Below are positions 1-10,359 of a DNA stretch of 64,000 nucleotides, piece by piece. Under the pieces are notes generated by a model. That model was not told where the DNA came from, made no database searches, and was given only the letters and a program-made list of their open reading frames with translations. Within the stretch, counting starts at the first letter, position 1, and every line of letters begins with the position of its first letter. Location of the stretch: contig CAVWIH010000033.1 of assembly GCA_963755025.1 (NCBI GenBank), positions 73,472-137,471 on the forward strand. The letters run 5' to 3'. The stretch comes from an uncultured Actinomycetes bacterium. GTDB taxonomy: Bacteria > Actinomycetota > Thermoleophilia > UBA2241. The translations under genes and the position numbers were made by a program.

Positions 1-496
1 CAAGTGGTGGTCGTCGACGATCGGCAACGTGCCCATGGGCCAGGGCATCTCGGTCACGCCCATCCAGATGGTGGCCGCCTACGGGGCCATCGCCAACGGC
101 GGCGTCATGATGACGCCCTACCTCACGGCCCAGGTCGGCGACCACGTCGTCAAGCACAAGGCGGGCCGCCGCATCGTGAGCGCCGCGGTCGCCGCCGAAC
201 TGCGCGCCATGCTGTCCGACGTGGTCGCCGACGGCACCGGCACGCTCGCCAAGATCCCCGGCTACACCGTCGCCGGCAAGACCGGCACCGCGCAGAAGGC
301 CCTGCCCAACGGCGGCGGCTACTCCACGACCAACTACGTCGCCTCGTTCATCGGCATGGTGCCCGCCCGCGATCCGCAGCTCGTGGTCGCGGTGGTGGTC
401 GATCAGCCGCACCCCTACTGGGGCGGCACGGTGGCCGCACCCGCCTTCTCGCAGATCGCGGGCTACGCCCTGCAGCGTCTCGAGATCGCTCCGTGA
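1..496 (+). CDS. ftsI: Penicillin-binding protein FtsI/PBP3, C-terminal part (5' truncated by window)
   Basis: GQGISVTPIQM and VAGKTGTAQK transpeptidase motifs; directly upstream of murE. Confidence 0.9.
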   Translation, partial: KWWSSTIGNVPMGQGISVTPIQMVAAYGAIANGGVMMTPYLTAQVGDHVVKHKAGRRIVSAAVAAELRAMLSDVVADGTGTLAKIPGYTVAGKTGTAQKALPNGGGYSTTNYVASFIGMVPARDPQLVVAVVVDQPHPYWGGTVAAPAFSQIAGYALQRLEIAP

Positions 497-510
497 GGGC
501 GCCTGGTTTC

Positions 511-519
511 TGGTATCAT
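511..519 (+). promoter_or_regulatory. Extended -10 (TGgTATCAT) 8 nt before the murE ATG; possible leaderless promoter
   Basis: tggtatcatcggcccgcATG; no Shine-Dalgarno visible. Confidence 0.5.
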
Positions 520-527
520 CGGCCCGC

Positions 528-2070
528 ATGAACCTAGCCGCTCTCGCCTTCGGCCTTGACCCAGGTCGCATCGACGGCGATCCCGACGTCGAGATCGGAT
601 CGCTCGCATGCAACACCCGCGACGTCGTCGCCGGCTCCCTCTTTTTCTGCATCCCCGGGCTGAAGGCCGACGGCCACGACTTCGCCCCCGAGGCGGTCGC
701 GGCCGGCGCCGCGGCCCTCGTGTGCGAGCGCCCCCTGCCGCTGCCCGTCACCCAGCTCCTCGTGCCCGGCGCGCGGCGCGCCATGGCCCTGCTGTCGGCG
801 CGCTTCTACGGCGAGCCCACCCGCGAGCTGCGGGTCGCCGCCGTCACCGGCACCAACGGCAAGACGACGACCGCTCACCTGCTGGCCGCCATCCTCGACG
901 CCGCCGGCCTGCGGCCGGCGCTGCTGGGCACCGTGGTCAACCGCATCGCCGGCGTCGAGCGCCCCGCCAAGCTGACCACGCCCGAGTCGATCGAGCTGCA
1001 GCGCCTCTTTCGCGAGATGGTCGACGGCGGCGACCTGTCGTGCGTCATGGAGGCTTCGTCGCACGCCCTCGCCCTCGAGCGCACCGCCGGCATCGAGTTC
1101 GCCTCGGTCGATCTTCACCAACCTCTCGCGCGACCACCTCGACTTTCACCCCACGCTCGACCACTACTTCGCCGCCAAGCGCTCGCTCTTTCTGCCCGGC
1201 GAGCAGCGCCGCCCGCGGGCGAGCGCGATCGTCAACGCAGGCGACGAGCACGGCCGCCTGCTGATCGACGACTGCCGCGCGCCCTACGGCGACGACCTGT
1301 GGACCTTCGCGCTGGCCGGCGACGAGCTCGACGACACGGGCGAGGTCGACTGCCTGGCGGTCGACCTCGAGCTCTCCGCCGAGCGCTCCTCCTTCACGCT
1401 GGTCTCGCCGCGCCTCGGCCTGCGCGAGCCGCTCGCCATAGGCACGCCGGCGCGCTTCAACGTGGCCAACGCCATGGCCGCGGCCACGGCGGCGCTGGCC
1501 ATGGGCCTGCCGGTCGCGACGGTGCGCGCGGGGCTCGCCGGCTCGGCCGGCGTGCCGGGGCGCGTCGAGCCCGTGCGCGCCGGTCAGCCCTTCAGCGTGC
1601 TGGTCGACTACTCCCACACGCCCGACTCGCTGGCCAACGTGCTGCGTGCGGTGCGCGCCGTCACCGGCGGCCGCCTGCTCACCGTGTTCGGCTGCGGCGG
1701 CGACCGCGACCGCGGCAAGCGCCCGCTCATGGGAGCGGTCGCCGCCGACCTCGCCGACTTCGCCGTGCTCACCTCCGACAACCCGCGCAGCGAAGACCCC
1801 CTGGCGATCATCGCCGAGGTGGTCGCCGGCATCCCGCCCGAGCAGCGCGACCACGTCGTGGTCGAACCCGACCGGCGCGCCGCCATCCGCCTGGCGCTGC
1901 ACGCGGCGCGCCCCGGCGACGGCCTGGTGATCGCCGGCAAGGGCCACGAGCCCTACCAGATCCTGGGCGCCGAGACGATCCACTTCGACGACCGCGAGGT
2001 CGCCGCCGACGAGCTCGCGCGGCTCGGCTTCGCCGGCCCCGCGCCGGCCGACGCGAGCGACGCCTCGTGA
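528..2070 (+). CDS. murE: UDP-MurNAc-tripeptide synthetase MurE (frameshift near 1110)
   Basis: VTGTNGKTTT, TTPES and MEASSH, then in a shifted frame VDYSHTPD, GCGGDRD, DNPR, AGKGHE. Confidence 0.93.
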
Positions 2071-3452
2071 TCCCCCTTACCCTCGAAGCGGTCACGGCCG
2101 CCTGCCGCGGCGTGCTCGAAGCCGGCGACTCGCAGGCGCTGGCCACCGGCGTGGCCATCGACAGCCGGCAGGTCAAGCCCGGCGACCTGTTCGTGGCGCT
2201 GCACGGCGAGGCCTTCGACGGCGGCGACTTCGCCGCCGAGGCGCTCGGCGCCGGCGCGGTCGCCGTGGTGGTCTCGGCGCGCACGGCGGCCACCCTGCGC
2301 GCCGGCGCGCCGCGCATCGTGGTCGACGACGGCCAGCAGGCGCTCGGCGACATCGCCGCCGCGGTGCGGCGCCGTTCCGGCGCCGCGGTCGTGGCGATCA
2401 CCGGCAGCGTCGGCAAGACCTCGACCAAAGACGTGCTCGCCGCCCTGCTCGCGCCGGTGGCGCGCGTGGTGGCGACCAGCGGCAACTTCAACAACGAGAT
2501 CGGCGTGCCGCTCACCGTGTTCGAGCTCGAGCCGAGCACCGAGGTGCTCGTCTGCGAGCTCGCCATGCGCGGCCCCGGCCAGATCGCCCAGCTCGCCGCC
2601 ATCGTGCGCCCCGACGTGGGCGTCATCACCAACATCGCGCCGGTCCACCTTGAGCACGTGGGCAGCATCGAGGGCGTCGCCGCGGCCAAGGCCGAGATCA
2701 TCGCCGAGGTGGGCAAGGGCGCCCTCGTGGTGCCCGCCGACGAAGCGCTGCTCGAGCCCCACCTGCGCTACCACACCGGCCGTCTCGTCACCTTCGGCGC
2801 CGAGGGCGCCAACGTCTGCGTCGCCGAAGCGCAGCCGCGCGGCTTCGGCACCCACGCCCTGATCGACGCCTTCGGGCGGCGCGCGGCCTTCGACTTTCCC
2901 TTCAGCGGCGGCCACTACCTGCAAGACGCGCTGGCCGCCATCGCCGCGTTCATCGCCCTGGGCTACACCCTCGAAGAGGCCAAGCCCGGAGCCGCCACCG
3001 TGGTGTTCTCGGAGCTGCGCGGCAAGCTCGAAGAGCTGCCCCGCGGCGGCCTGCTGCTGAACGACGCCTACAACGCCAACCCGCTGTCCATGAAGGCCGC
3101 CATCGACCACCTCTGCACGGTGGCCGGCGAGCGCCCCCGCGTGGCCGTGCTCGGCGACATGTTCGAGCTCGGCTCGGGCGCGTCGGGGTTCCACCGCGAG
3201 GTGGGGCGCTACGCCGCCGCCAAGGGCGTGCGCGTGCTGGCGGTCGGCGTGCTCTCGCGCGACTACCTCACCGCCCCGGGCGGCACGTGGTACCCCACGG
3301 TCGAGGAGTGTCTCGCGGCGCTGCCCCAGGCGATCGCTCCCGGCAGCGCGATCCTCGTCAAGGCGTCGCGCGCCATGCGCCTCGAACGGGTCGCCGAGGC
3401 GATCCTTGCCCCGCCGGCTCCGGCCGCGCCGGCCGGATGCGCCGGCTGCTGA
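2067..3452 (+). CDS. murF: MurF ligase
   Basis: GTG overlaps the murE stop; ITGSVGKTSTK, NFNNEIGVP, NDAYNANP, LGDMFELG. Confidence 0.95.
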   Translation: MIPLTLEAVTAACRGVLEAGDSQALATGVAIDSRQVKPGDLFVALHGEAFDGGDFAAEALGAGAVAVVVSARTAATLRAGAPRIVVDDGQQALGDIAAAVRRRSGAAVVAITGSVGKTSTKDVLAALLAPVARVVATSGNFNNEIGVPLTVFELEPSTEVLVCELAMRGPGQIAQLAAIVRPDVGVITNIAPVHLEHVGSIEGVAAAKAEIIAEVGKGALVVPADEALLEPHLRYHTGRLVTFGAEGANVCVAEAQPRGFGTHALIDAFGRRAAFDFPFSGGHYLQDALAAIAAFIALGYTLEEAKPGAATVVFSELRGKLEELPRGGLLLNDAYNANPLSMKAAIDHLCTVAGERPRVAVLGDMFELGSGASGFHREVGRYAAAKGVRVLAVGVLSRDYLTAPGGTWYPTVEECLAALPQAIAPGSAILVKASRAMRLERVAEAILAPPAPAAPAGCAGC

Positions 3453-3473
3453 TACCGACGGCGAGGAGCGCTG

Positions 3474-4460
3474 ATGTTCACCGCCCTGGCCGCCGGCATC
3501 ACCTCGATGGTCGTCATCCTCATCGTCGGGCCCTGGTTCATCGAGTGGCTGCGCCGCAACGAGTTCGGCCAGACGATCCGCGAAGAGGGCCCCGAGGGTC
3601 ACAAGACCAAGGCCGGCACGCCGACCATGGGCGGCGTGCTCATCTGGCTGGCGGTGCTCGTGCCGTTCTTCATCTTCAGCCAGCTCTCGGTGGCCTCGTT
3701 CTCGGTGCTCGTGATCGCCCTGGGCTGCGCCCTGATCGGCTTCGCCGACGACTGGATGAAGATCATCAAGGGCCGCTCGCTGGGGCTCTCGGCGCGCTGG
3801 AAGATGCTCCTGCAGCTCATCCTGGGGCTGCTCGCCGGCTTTATCGCGCTGCACTTCGCCGGCTTAACGACGAGCGTCTCGATCCCCTTCTCGCACTCCC
3901 AGTGGCACGTGGGCACGATCGGTTTCTACATCCTGGTCTTCCTCGTGATCTCCGCAGCCAGCAACACCGTCAACCTGACCGACGGCCTCGACGGCCTGGC
4001 CGCGGGCAGCGTCGCCATCGTGCTCGTGGCCTACGCCGGCATCGCCTTCATCATCGGCCGCCACCTGCCCGACCCCGGGCTGCTCGACCTCTCGGTGCTC
4101 TCCACCTGCATCGTGGGCGCCTGCCTCGGCTTTTTGTGGTTCAACACGTTCCCCGCCGACGTGATGATGGGCGACACCGGCTCGCTGGGCCTGGGCGGCG
4201 CCATCGCCGGCATGGCGATCCTCACGCGCACCGAACTGCTGCTCATCGTCATCGCCGGGCTGTTCGTGCTCGAGGGGCTGTCGGTCATCTTGCAGGTGGC
4301 GTCGTTCAAGCTCACGGGCAAGCGCATCTTCCTGATGGCACCGCTGCACCACCATTTCGAGCTGCTCAACTGGTCGGAGACCAAGGTGATCGTGCGCTTC
4401 TGGATCGTGGCGGCGATCTTCGCCGGCCTCGGCTTTGCGATCTACTACGCGACCTTCTGA
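3474..4460 (+). CDS. mraY: Phospho-MurNAc-pentapeptide transferase MraY
   Basis: KAGTPTMGG, NLTDGLDGLA, MGDTGS, MAPLHHHFEL; multi-TM. Confidence 0.97.
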   Translation: MFTALAAGITSMVVILIVGPWFIEWLRRNEFGQTIREEGPEGHKTKAGTPTMGGVLIWLAVLVPFFIFSQLSVASFSVLVIALGCALIGFADDWMKIIKGRSLGLSARWKMLLQLILGLLAGFIALHFAGLTTSVSIPFSHSQWHVGTIGFYILVFLVISAASNTVNLTDGLDGLAAGSVAIVLVAYAGIAFIIGRHLPDPGLLDLSVLSTCIVGACLGFLWFNTFPADVMMGDTGSLGLGGAIAGMAILTRTELLLIVIAGLFVLEGLSVILQVASFKLTGKRIFLMAPLHHHFELLNWSETKVIVRFWIVAAIFAGLGFAIYYATF

Positions 4461-4461
4461 C

Positions 4462-4612
4462 GACCCTCACCTTCGCCTCGAGCGTGCGCGCGTCGTCGCC
4501 CTTTTGCCTGCACGCGGAGTAGCGGAACAGTCGGCCGGAGCCGGGTTCGAGTAGCGCTTCAGGGTGACCCTCAAGCACGAGTCGAGGGTGGCTCAGGGAG
4601 AGGTCGAGACCC
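4462..4612. promoter_or_regulatory. Cluster of CTC-N11-GAG imperfect palindromes (putative MerR/FtsR-type operators)
   Basis: GACCCTC-N11-GAGCGTG 4462-4486 and GACCCTC-N11-GAGGGTG 4566-4590; weaker copies 4542-4566 and 4588-4612. Confidence 0.5.
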
Positions 4613-4799
4613 AACGGTGCAGGGTTCGGCGTCGCGCGCCTGAACCCCCCTCTAACAGCGGCTGGCGTAGGCGCAGCCGCAGGGCCGTCGCCGGCCCGGG
4701 CGCAAGGCAGCCGCAAGGCAGCCGCCGGCCCGGGCGCAAGGCGGGCGGATGGTCGCCCAGGCAGTGCGACGGCACGAGCCGCTGCAGGAAGGAAGGAAC

Positions 4800-6227
4800 G
4801 TGACCGTACCCATCGCCGATCTGCGCTCGCTGGCCGTACTTGGGCTCGGCCGTTCCGGCCGCGCCGCCGCGCTGCTGGCGCGGCGCGCGCTGCCCGACGC
4901 CGCCGTGGCGGCGATCGACGCGAAGCCCGAGGCCGATCTGGGGACGGCGCCGGCCGAGCTGCGCGCCGCCGGCGCTCACCTGCTGCTCGGCGACGAAGCC
5001 GCGCTGCCCGAGGGCGTCGAGCTGCTCGTCAAGAGCCCCGGCGTGCCGACGAGCTCGCTGGTCGTGATCGCTGCGCTCGAGCGCGGCGTGCCGATCTGGA
5101 GCGAGGTCGAGTTCGCCGCGCGCTTTCTCACGAACCGCTGGATCGCCATCACCGGCACCAACGGCAAGACCACGACGACCGAGCTCACCGGGCAGATCCT
5201 GCGCGACGCGGGGCGCCCGGTCGAGGTGGCCGGCAACGTCGGCCGGGCGCTCGCCGGCCTGCCCGGCGTGATCGCCCCCGACGCGGTCGTGGTGGCCGAG
5301 CTCTCGAGCTTTCAGCTGGAGCACATCGAACGCTTCCGGCCCGACGTGGCCGTGCTGCTCAACCTGACCGAGGACCACATCGACCGCCACGGCAGCTACG
5401 CCAGCTACATCGACGCCAAGCTGCGCGTCTTCGAGAACCAGACGCCCGCCGACCTCGCCCTGGTGAACCTCGACGACCCCGACACCGCCGGCATCGCCGC
5501 GTCGCTGCCCGGCCGCGGGCGGCGCGGCGGCTTCTCGCTGGGCGCGCCGGTCGTACCGGTCGGCGCCGCCTTCGCCGCGCTCGCCGGCGTCGCCGACGGC
5601 ACGCTGTGGCTGCAGGCCGGCGAGGGGCGCGTCGAACTGTGCCCGGTCGCCGCGCTCGCCCTGAAGGGCGACCACAACGTGGCCAACTCGCTGGCCGCGG
5701 CGGCCGCCGCTGCCGCGCTCGGCGTGCCCGCCGCGAGCATCGCCGCCACCCTGCAGACCTTTCCCGGCGTCGCCCACCGCCTGCAGGTCGTGGGCGAGGT
5801 CGGCGGCGTCACCTGGGTGAACGACTCCAAGGCGACCAACGTCGACGCCGCCGTCAAGGCGCTCACGGCTTACTCCGGCCCGGTCCACATGATCCTCGGC
5901 GGCTCGCTCAAGGGCGCCTCGTTCGACCCGCTGGCCGCGGCCACCGAGGGGCGCGTCAAAGAGGCCATCCTGATCGGCGCCGCGGCCGCCCCGCTGCGCG
6001 AGGCCTTCGAGCGTCGCCGCGCCGTGGTGGGGGAGAGGGCCACGCCCTTCGTCGAGCTGCCCGACCTCGAGGCCGCCGTGGCGCACGCCGCCGCGGTCGC
6101 CGTGCCGGGCGACGTCGTGCTGCTCAGCCCGGCCTGCGCGAGCTTCGACCACTACCGCAACTTCGAGCACCGCGGCGAGCACTTCGCGGCGCTCGTCGCG
6201 GCCCTCCGGGAGCGCACCGCGACATGA
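4800..6227 (+). CDS. murD: MurD ligase
   Basis: GLGRSG, KSPGVP, ITGTNGKTTT, ELSSFQL, NDSKATN, LSPACASFD; GTG after GGAAGG. Confidence 0.96.
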   Translation: MTVPIADLRSLAVLGLGRSGRAAALLARRALPDAAVAAIDAKPEADLGTAPAELRAAGAHLLLGDEAALPEGVELLVKSPGVPTSSLVVIAALERGVPIWSEVEFAARFLTNRWIAITGTNGKTTTTELTGQILRDAGRPVEVAGNVGRALAGLPGVIAPDAVVVAELSSFQLEHIERFRPDVAVLLNLTEDHIDRHGSYASYIDAKLRVFENQTPADLALVNLDDPDTAGIAASLPGRGRRGGFSLGAPVVPVGAAFAALAGVADGTLWLQAGEGRVELCPVAALALKGDHNVANSLAAAAAAAALGVPAASIAATLQTFPGVAHRLQVVGEVGGVTWVNDSKATNVDAAVKALTAYSGPVHMILGGSLKGASFDPLAAATEGRVKEAILIGAAAAPLREAFERRRAVVGERATPFVELPDLEAAVAHAAAVAVPGDVVLLSPACASFDHYRNFEHRGEHFAALVAALRERTAT

Positions 6228-7830
6228 GCGGCCGCGTGCCCGGGACAAGCAACGAGCCCCAAAGCCCGCACTGGCTCGAGCCGGCGCCCGAGCGCCGCCG
6301 CGCCGCCGGGTCGTCTGAGCGCCGCGCCGCGCCGCGCGACCAGGCGAGCGAACGCGCTGCCTCGCGCGCAACCTCCGCCGAGCGCCGCGCCACGACCGAC
6401 TCGGCTCGCGAGCGCCGCGCCGCGACCGACTCCGCCGCCGAACGCCGCAGCGCCGAGCGCCGCAGCGCCGCGGCTGAGACGCCGGCTGAGCGCCGCGCCG
6501 CCGAGCGCCGCGCCGCCGAGCGCCGCGCCGGGCAGCGCCGCGCCTCCGCGACCGAAGAGCGCTCGCGCTCGGCGCGCGAACCGGCCGATGCGGGGCGCGC
6601 CGTCGCCGCCGCCGAGCGGCGCAGCGCAGCTCGCCGCCGCGCCGCCGTTCCGGGCCTCACCGACCGCGCCGTGCTGCTCACCACGACCTGCCTGCTGCTG
6701 CTCTTCGGCCTCGTCATGGCCTACAGCGCCTCGACCGCCAAGGCCTACTTCGCGTACGGCTCGAGCTGGTACCTGATCGAACGCCAGGCGTTCTTCGCCG
6801 TGCTGGGCGTGATCGCCATGATCGTGCTCGCGCGCGTCGACTACGTGGTCTGGCGGCGCGTCGCCACGCCGCTCTGGGTCTTCGCCCTGCTCAGCCTGCT
6901 CGTCGTGCTCGTGCCGGGCATCGGCACCGAGGTCAACGGCGCGCGCCGCTGGATCATCGTGGCCGGCTTCTCGTACTCGCCGAGCGAGCTCGCCAAGCTC
7001 GCCTGCGTCATGCTCGTCGCCGGCCTCGTCATCAAGCGTCCGGGCGAGATCGCTCACCGCCGGCGGCTTCGTGCGCACCCTCGCTCTGGGCATAGGGCCG
7101 GCGGCGGTGCTGATCATGGCCGAACCCGACATGGGCACCACCATCATCCTGGTGCTGGCCGTGGTCGCGGTCGTCGTGGCGGCCGGGGCCCGCGTGCGCC
7201 ACCTGGTCACGGCTCGGCTCGCTGGCGGTGGCCGCGATCGCCCTCGCCATCGTGGTCGAGCCCTACCGCATGCAGCGCCTGACCTCGTTCGTGAACCCCT
7301 GGAAGGACCCGCGCGGCGCCGGCATGCAGACCGTGCAGTCGCTCATCTCGATCGCCTCGGGCCACCTGTTCGGCGTGGGTCTGGGCAACTCCATCCAGAA
7401 GTTCGGCTTTCTGCCGGAACAGACCACCGACTCCATCACAGGTATCATCGGCGAGGAGCTCGGCCTGGTCGGGCTGCTCGTGCTGATCGCCCTGTACGTG
7501 GCGCTCGTGTGGACCATCTTCCGCATAGCGCTGCGCAGCCAGGAGCCCTACGGCAAGCTGCTCGCCGCCGGCATCGGCAGCGCCATCGGCGTGCAGGCCG
7601 CCGTCAACATCGGCGCCGCGCTCGGCGTGCTGCCGCTCACCGGCGTGCCCCTGCCGCTCGTCTCGTTCGGGGGCACCAGTCTCGTCGTCGTCTTAGCGGG
7701 CGTCGGCATCGTGGCCAACATCGCAAGCAACCGCAGGAGTTACATCGTTGCCAGCACTGAACGACATTCGCGTCCTCGTGGCGGCGGGAGGGACGGGGGG
7801 GCATCTCACCCCGGCTCTCGCGGTCGCTGA
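6224..7830 (+). CDS. ftsW: FtsW peptidoglycan polymerase with long Arg/Glu/Ala N-terminal extension (frameshifts near 7050 and 7215)
   Basis: GLVMAYSAS, NGARRWI, PSELAK, EPDMGT, LPEQTTD, GEELG, TGVPLPLVSFGGTS across three frames. Confidence 0.92.
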
Positions 7831-8863
7831 CGAGCTCACCGCGCGGGGCGCTCTCGTCACGTTCGTCACCACCCCGTCGCAGCTCGAGCGCGTCGCCGCG
7901 CGCTTTCCGGCCTACGCGCTCGCGATGCGCGGCTTCGAGCGCCGCCTGCTGGCCCGCGAGAACGCCCTCACGCTGTGGCGCCTGGCGGCTGCCGCGCCGC
8001 GCTCGTGGGGCATCGTCACGGCGGCGCGGCCGCAGGTCGCGGTGGGCGGCGGCGGTTACCTGAGCGGACCTGTCGTGGCGGCGGCCGCCCTGCGCCGCGT
8101 GCCGTCCCTCGCCATCGAGAGCGACGCCCACCTGGGCGTCACCAACCGCCTGCTCTCCGCGGTCGTCTCGCGCGTCTGCCTGAGCTTTCCCATAGAAGGG
8201 CGCGAGCCGCCCCGCTTCGTGCTCACCGGACGGCCCCTGTCGGCCGCGCAGCTCGACGCCGACGCCGCATCGGGCCGCGCCGCCTTTGGCCTTCGCCCTG
8301 CGCAGCCGGTGGTCCTTGTCTTCGGCGGCAGCCAGGGCGCGCAGAGCCTGAACCGCGCCTGCCTCGAGGCCTTCGGCACGGGGCCGCTCGCGCTGCAGGT
8401 GCTGCACGTCTGCGGGCCGCGCCACTTCGACGAGATGACGGCGGCGCTCGCCGCGCGCGGCGCCGACGTTGAGCACTACCGTCTGCTGCCCTACACTGAC
8501 GATCTGGCGCACGCCATGGCCGCGGCCGACCTGGTCGTCGGTCGCGCCGGCGGTTCGGTCGCCGAGATCGCGGCCCTTGGGCGGCCCGCCGTCCTGGTCC
8601 CCTATCCCTTCGCCACCGCCGATCACCAGAGCAAGAACGCGGCCTTCATGGCCGCCGCGGGAGCCGCCGTCGTGGTCGCCGACGCCGACTTGAGCGGAGC
8701 GCTGCTGGGCCGCCTGGTCGGCGAGCTGCTGGGCGACGCCACCCGTCTGGCCCGCATGGCGGCCGCCAGCCGGGCGGCCGGTCGTCCCGACGCCACGCAG
8801 CGCGTCGCCGACCAGGTCGAGGCGCTGCTGGCCGGCCCCGAACGAGCGAGGAGTCGAGCGTGA
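7748..8863 (+). CDS. murG: MurG glycosyltransferase
   Basis: AGGTGGH, GGGY, FGGSQGA, DHQSKNA; TTG start after AGGAG. Confidence 0.95.
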   Translation: MPALNDIRVLVAAGGTGGHLTPALAVADELTARGALVTFVTTPSQLERVAARFPAYALAMRGFERRLLARENALTLWRLAAAAPRSWGIVTAARPQVAVGGGGYLSGPVVAAAALRRVPSLAIESDAHLGVTNRLLSAVVSRVCLSFPIEGREPPRFVLTGRPLSAAQLDADAASGRAAFGLRPAQPVVLVFGGSQGAQSLNRACLEAFGTGPLALQVLHVCGPRHFDEMTAALAARGADVEHYRLLPYTDDLAHAMAAADLVVGRAGGSVAEIAALGRPAVLVPYPFATADHQSKNAAFMAAAGAAVVVADADLSGALLGRLVGELLGDATRLARMAAASRAAGRPDATQRVADQVEALLAGPERARSRA

Positions 8864-10359
8864 AGCACGACACAGGCATACCCCAGCCGGTCCACCTGAT
8901 CGGCGTCGGAGGGGCCGGCATGAGCGGCATCGCCGTCGTGCTCTCCAAGCTCGGGGTCGCCGTCACCGGCTCCGACCTCAAGGTCTCGCGCTACACGCGC
9001 CACCTGGCCGAGGCGGGGGTGCCGGTCTGCATAGGGCACGACGCCGCCCAGGTCGGCGGCGCGGCGCTCGTGGTGATCTCCTCGGCCATCCCGGCGGGCA
9101 ATCCCGAGCTGCAAGAGGCGCGCCGCCGCGGCCTGCCCGTGCTGCAGCGCGCCGAGATGCTGGCCCGCATCATGGCCACGCGCCGCGGCGTGGCGGTGGC
9201 CGGTACCCACGGCAAGACGACGACCTCGTCGATGATCACCCACGCCATGCTGCGCTGCGACCGCAAACCCACGTTCCTCGTGGGCGGCGACCTGAACGAC
9301 GTCGGCTCCAACGCCGACGTGGGCGACGGCGAGTGGCTCGTGGCCGAGGCCGACGAGAGCGACGGCAGCCTGCTCTTCCTGCGCCCCGAGGTCGGCGTGG
9401 TCACCAACGTCGAGCTCGACCACCACGCCAACTACCGCTGCCTGGCCGACGTGCGCGACGTCTTTCGGCGCTTCGTCGCCCTGCTGCCGCCCGGCGGCCG
9501 CCTGGTGGTGGCGCGCGACGCGAGCACCGAGTTCCTCGACGGCGAGACCGAAGCCCAGGTCGTGCGCTACGGCCTGGACGGCGAGGCCGGCGACTCCGCG
9601 TCGGCTCGGGCGCCCGGCCCCGGCCCCGGCCGCCGGTCCGTCGCGCGTGCCGCGGCGAGCCGCGACGGCGACGGGCCCGACCTCACGGCGCTCATCGAGC
9701 GGGTCGACGACCGCGGCAGCGTGTTCGAGGTGCGCGAGGGCGGCGAGCGCCTCGGTCGCGTCGAGCTGCGCGTGCCCGGCGAGCACAACGTGCTGAACGC
9801 CCTGGGCGCTCTGGGCGCGCTCGCCCACGCCGGCGTCACCTTCGACGAGGCGGCGCCGCAGCTGGCCACCTTCAGCGGCGCCGCGCGCCGCTTTCAGGAG
9901 GTCGGGCGCCGCGACGGCATCGTGGTGATCGACGACTACGCGCATCACCCCACCGAGGTGGCGGCCACGCTCAAGGCGGCGCGCAGCGGCTCGTACCGGC
10001 GGGTCATCGCCGTCTTTCAGCCCCACCTGTTCTCACGCACGCGCTACCTGCAGCGCGAGTTCGGCCGGGCGCTGACCATGGCCGACGAGGCCATCGTCAC
10101 CGACATCTTCCCGGCGCGCGAAGAGCCCGAGCCCGGCGTGACGGGCAAGCTCGTCGTCGACGCCTACCTTGTAGAGCGTCCCGGCGGGCCGGTCTACTAC
10201 CTGCCGCGCCTCGCCGACGCGGTGCGCCACCTCCAGGCCCGGGTGCACCCCGGCGACCTGGTCCTCACGATCGGCGCCGGCGACGTGGTGCACGTCGGCG
10301 AGCGGCTGCTGGCGGGCCTCGCCGGCGCGCCGCCCGGAGACGCCGGCGCCGCGCGATGA
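8860..10359 (+). CDS. murC: MurC ligase
   Basis: IGVGGAGMSG, AGTHGKTTT, EADESDGS, DDYAHHPTE, FQPH. Confidence 0.97.
   Translation: MKHDTGIPQPVHLIGVGGAGMSGIAVVLSKLGVAVTGSDLKVSRYTRHLAEAGVPVCIGHDAAQVGGAALVVISSAIPAGNPELQEARRRGLPVLQRAEMLARIMATRRGVAVAGTHGKTTTSSMITHAMLRCDRKPTFLVGGDLNDVGSNADVGDGEWLVAEADESDGSLLFLRPEVGVVTNVELDHHANYRCLADVRDVFRRFVALLPPGGRLVVARDASTEFLDGETEAQVVRYGLDGEAGDSASARAPGPGPGRRSVARAAASRDGDGPDLTALIERVDDRGSVFEVREGGERLGRVELRVPGEHNVLNALGALGALAHAGVTFDEAAPQLATFSGAARRFQEVGRRDGIVVIDDYAHHPTEVAATLKAARSGSYRRVIAVFQPHLFSRTRYLQREFGRALTMADEAIVTDIFPAREEPEPGVTGKLVVDAYLVERPGGPVYYLPRLADAVRHLQARVHPGDLVLTIGAGDVVHVGERLLAGLAGAPPGDAGAAR

Noticed and set aside
528-3452. 974-aa MurE-MurF fusion in the ORF track
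   Set aside because: The middle is off-frame Arg-rich text. Correcting the indel near 1110 gives separate murE (stop 2070) and murF (GTG 2067).
4620-4745. Hairpins and a 19-bp direct repeat upstream of murD as a known riboswitch or 6S RNA
   Set aside because: No recognisable consensus, and GC-rich hairpins arise easily at this composition.
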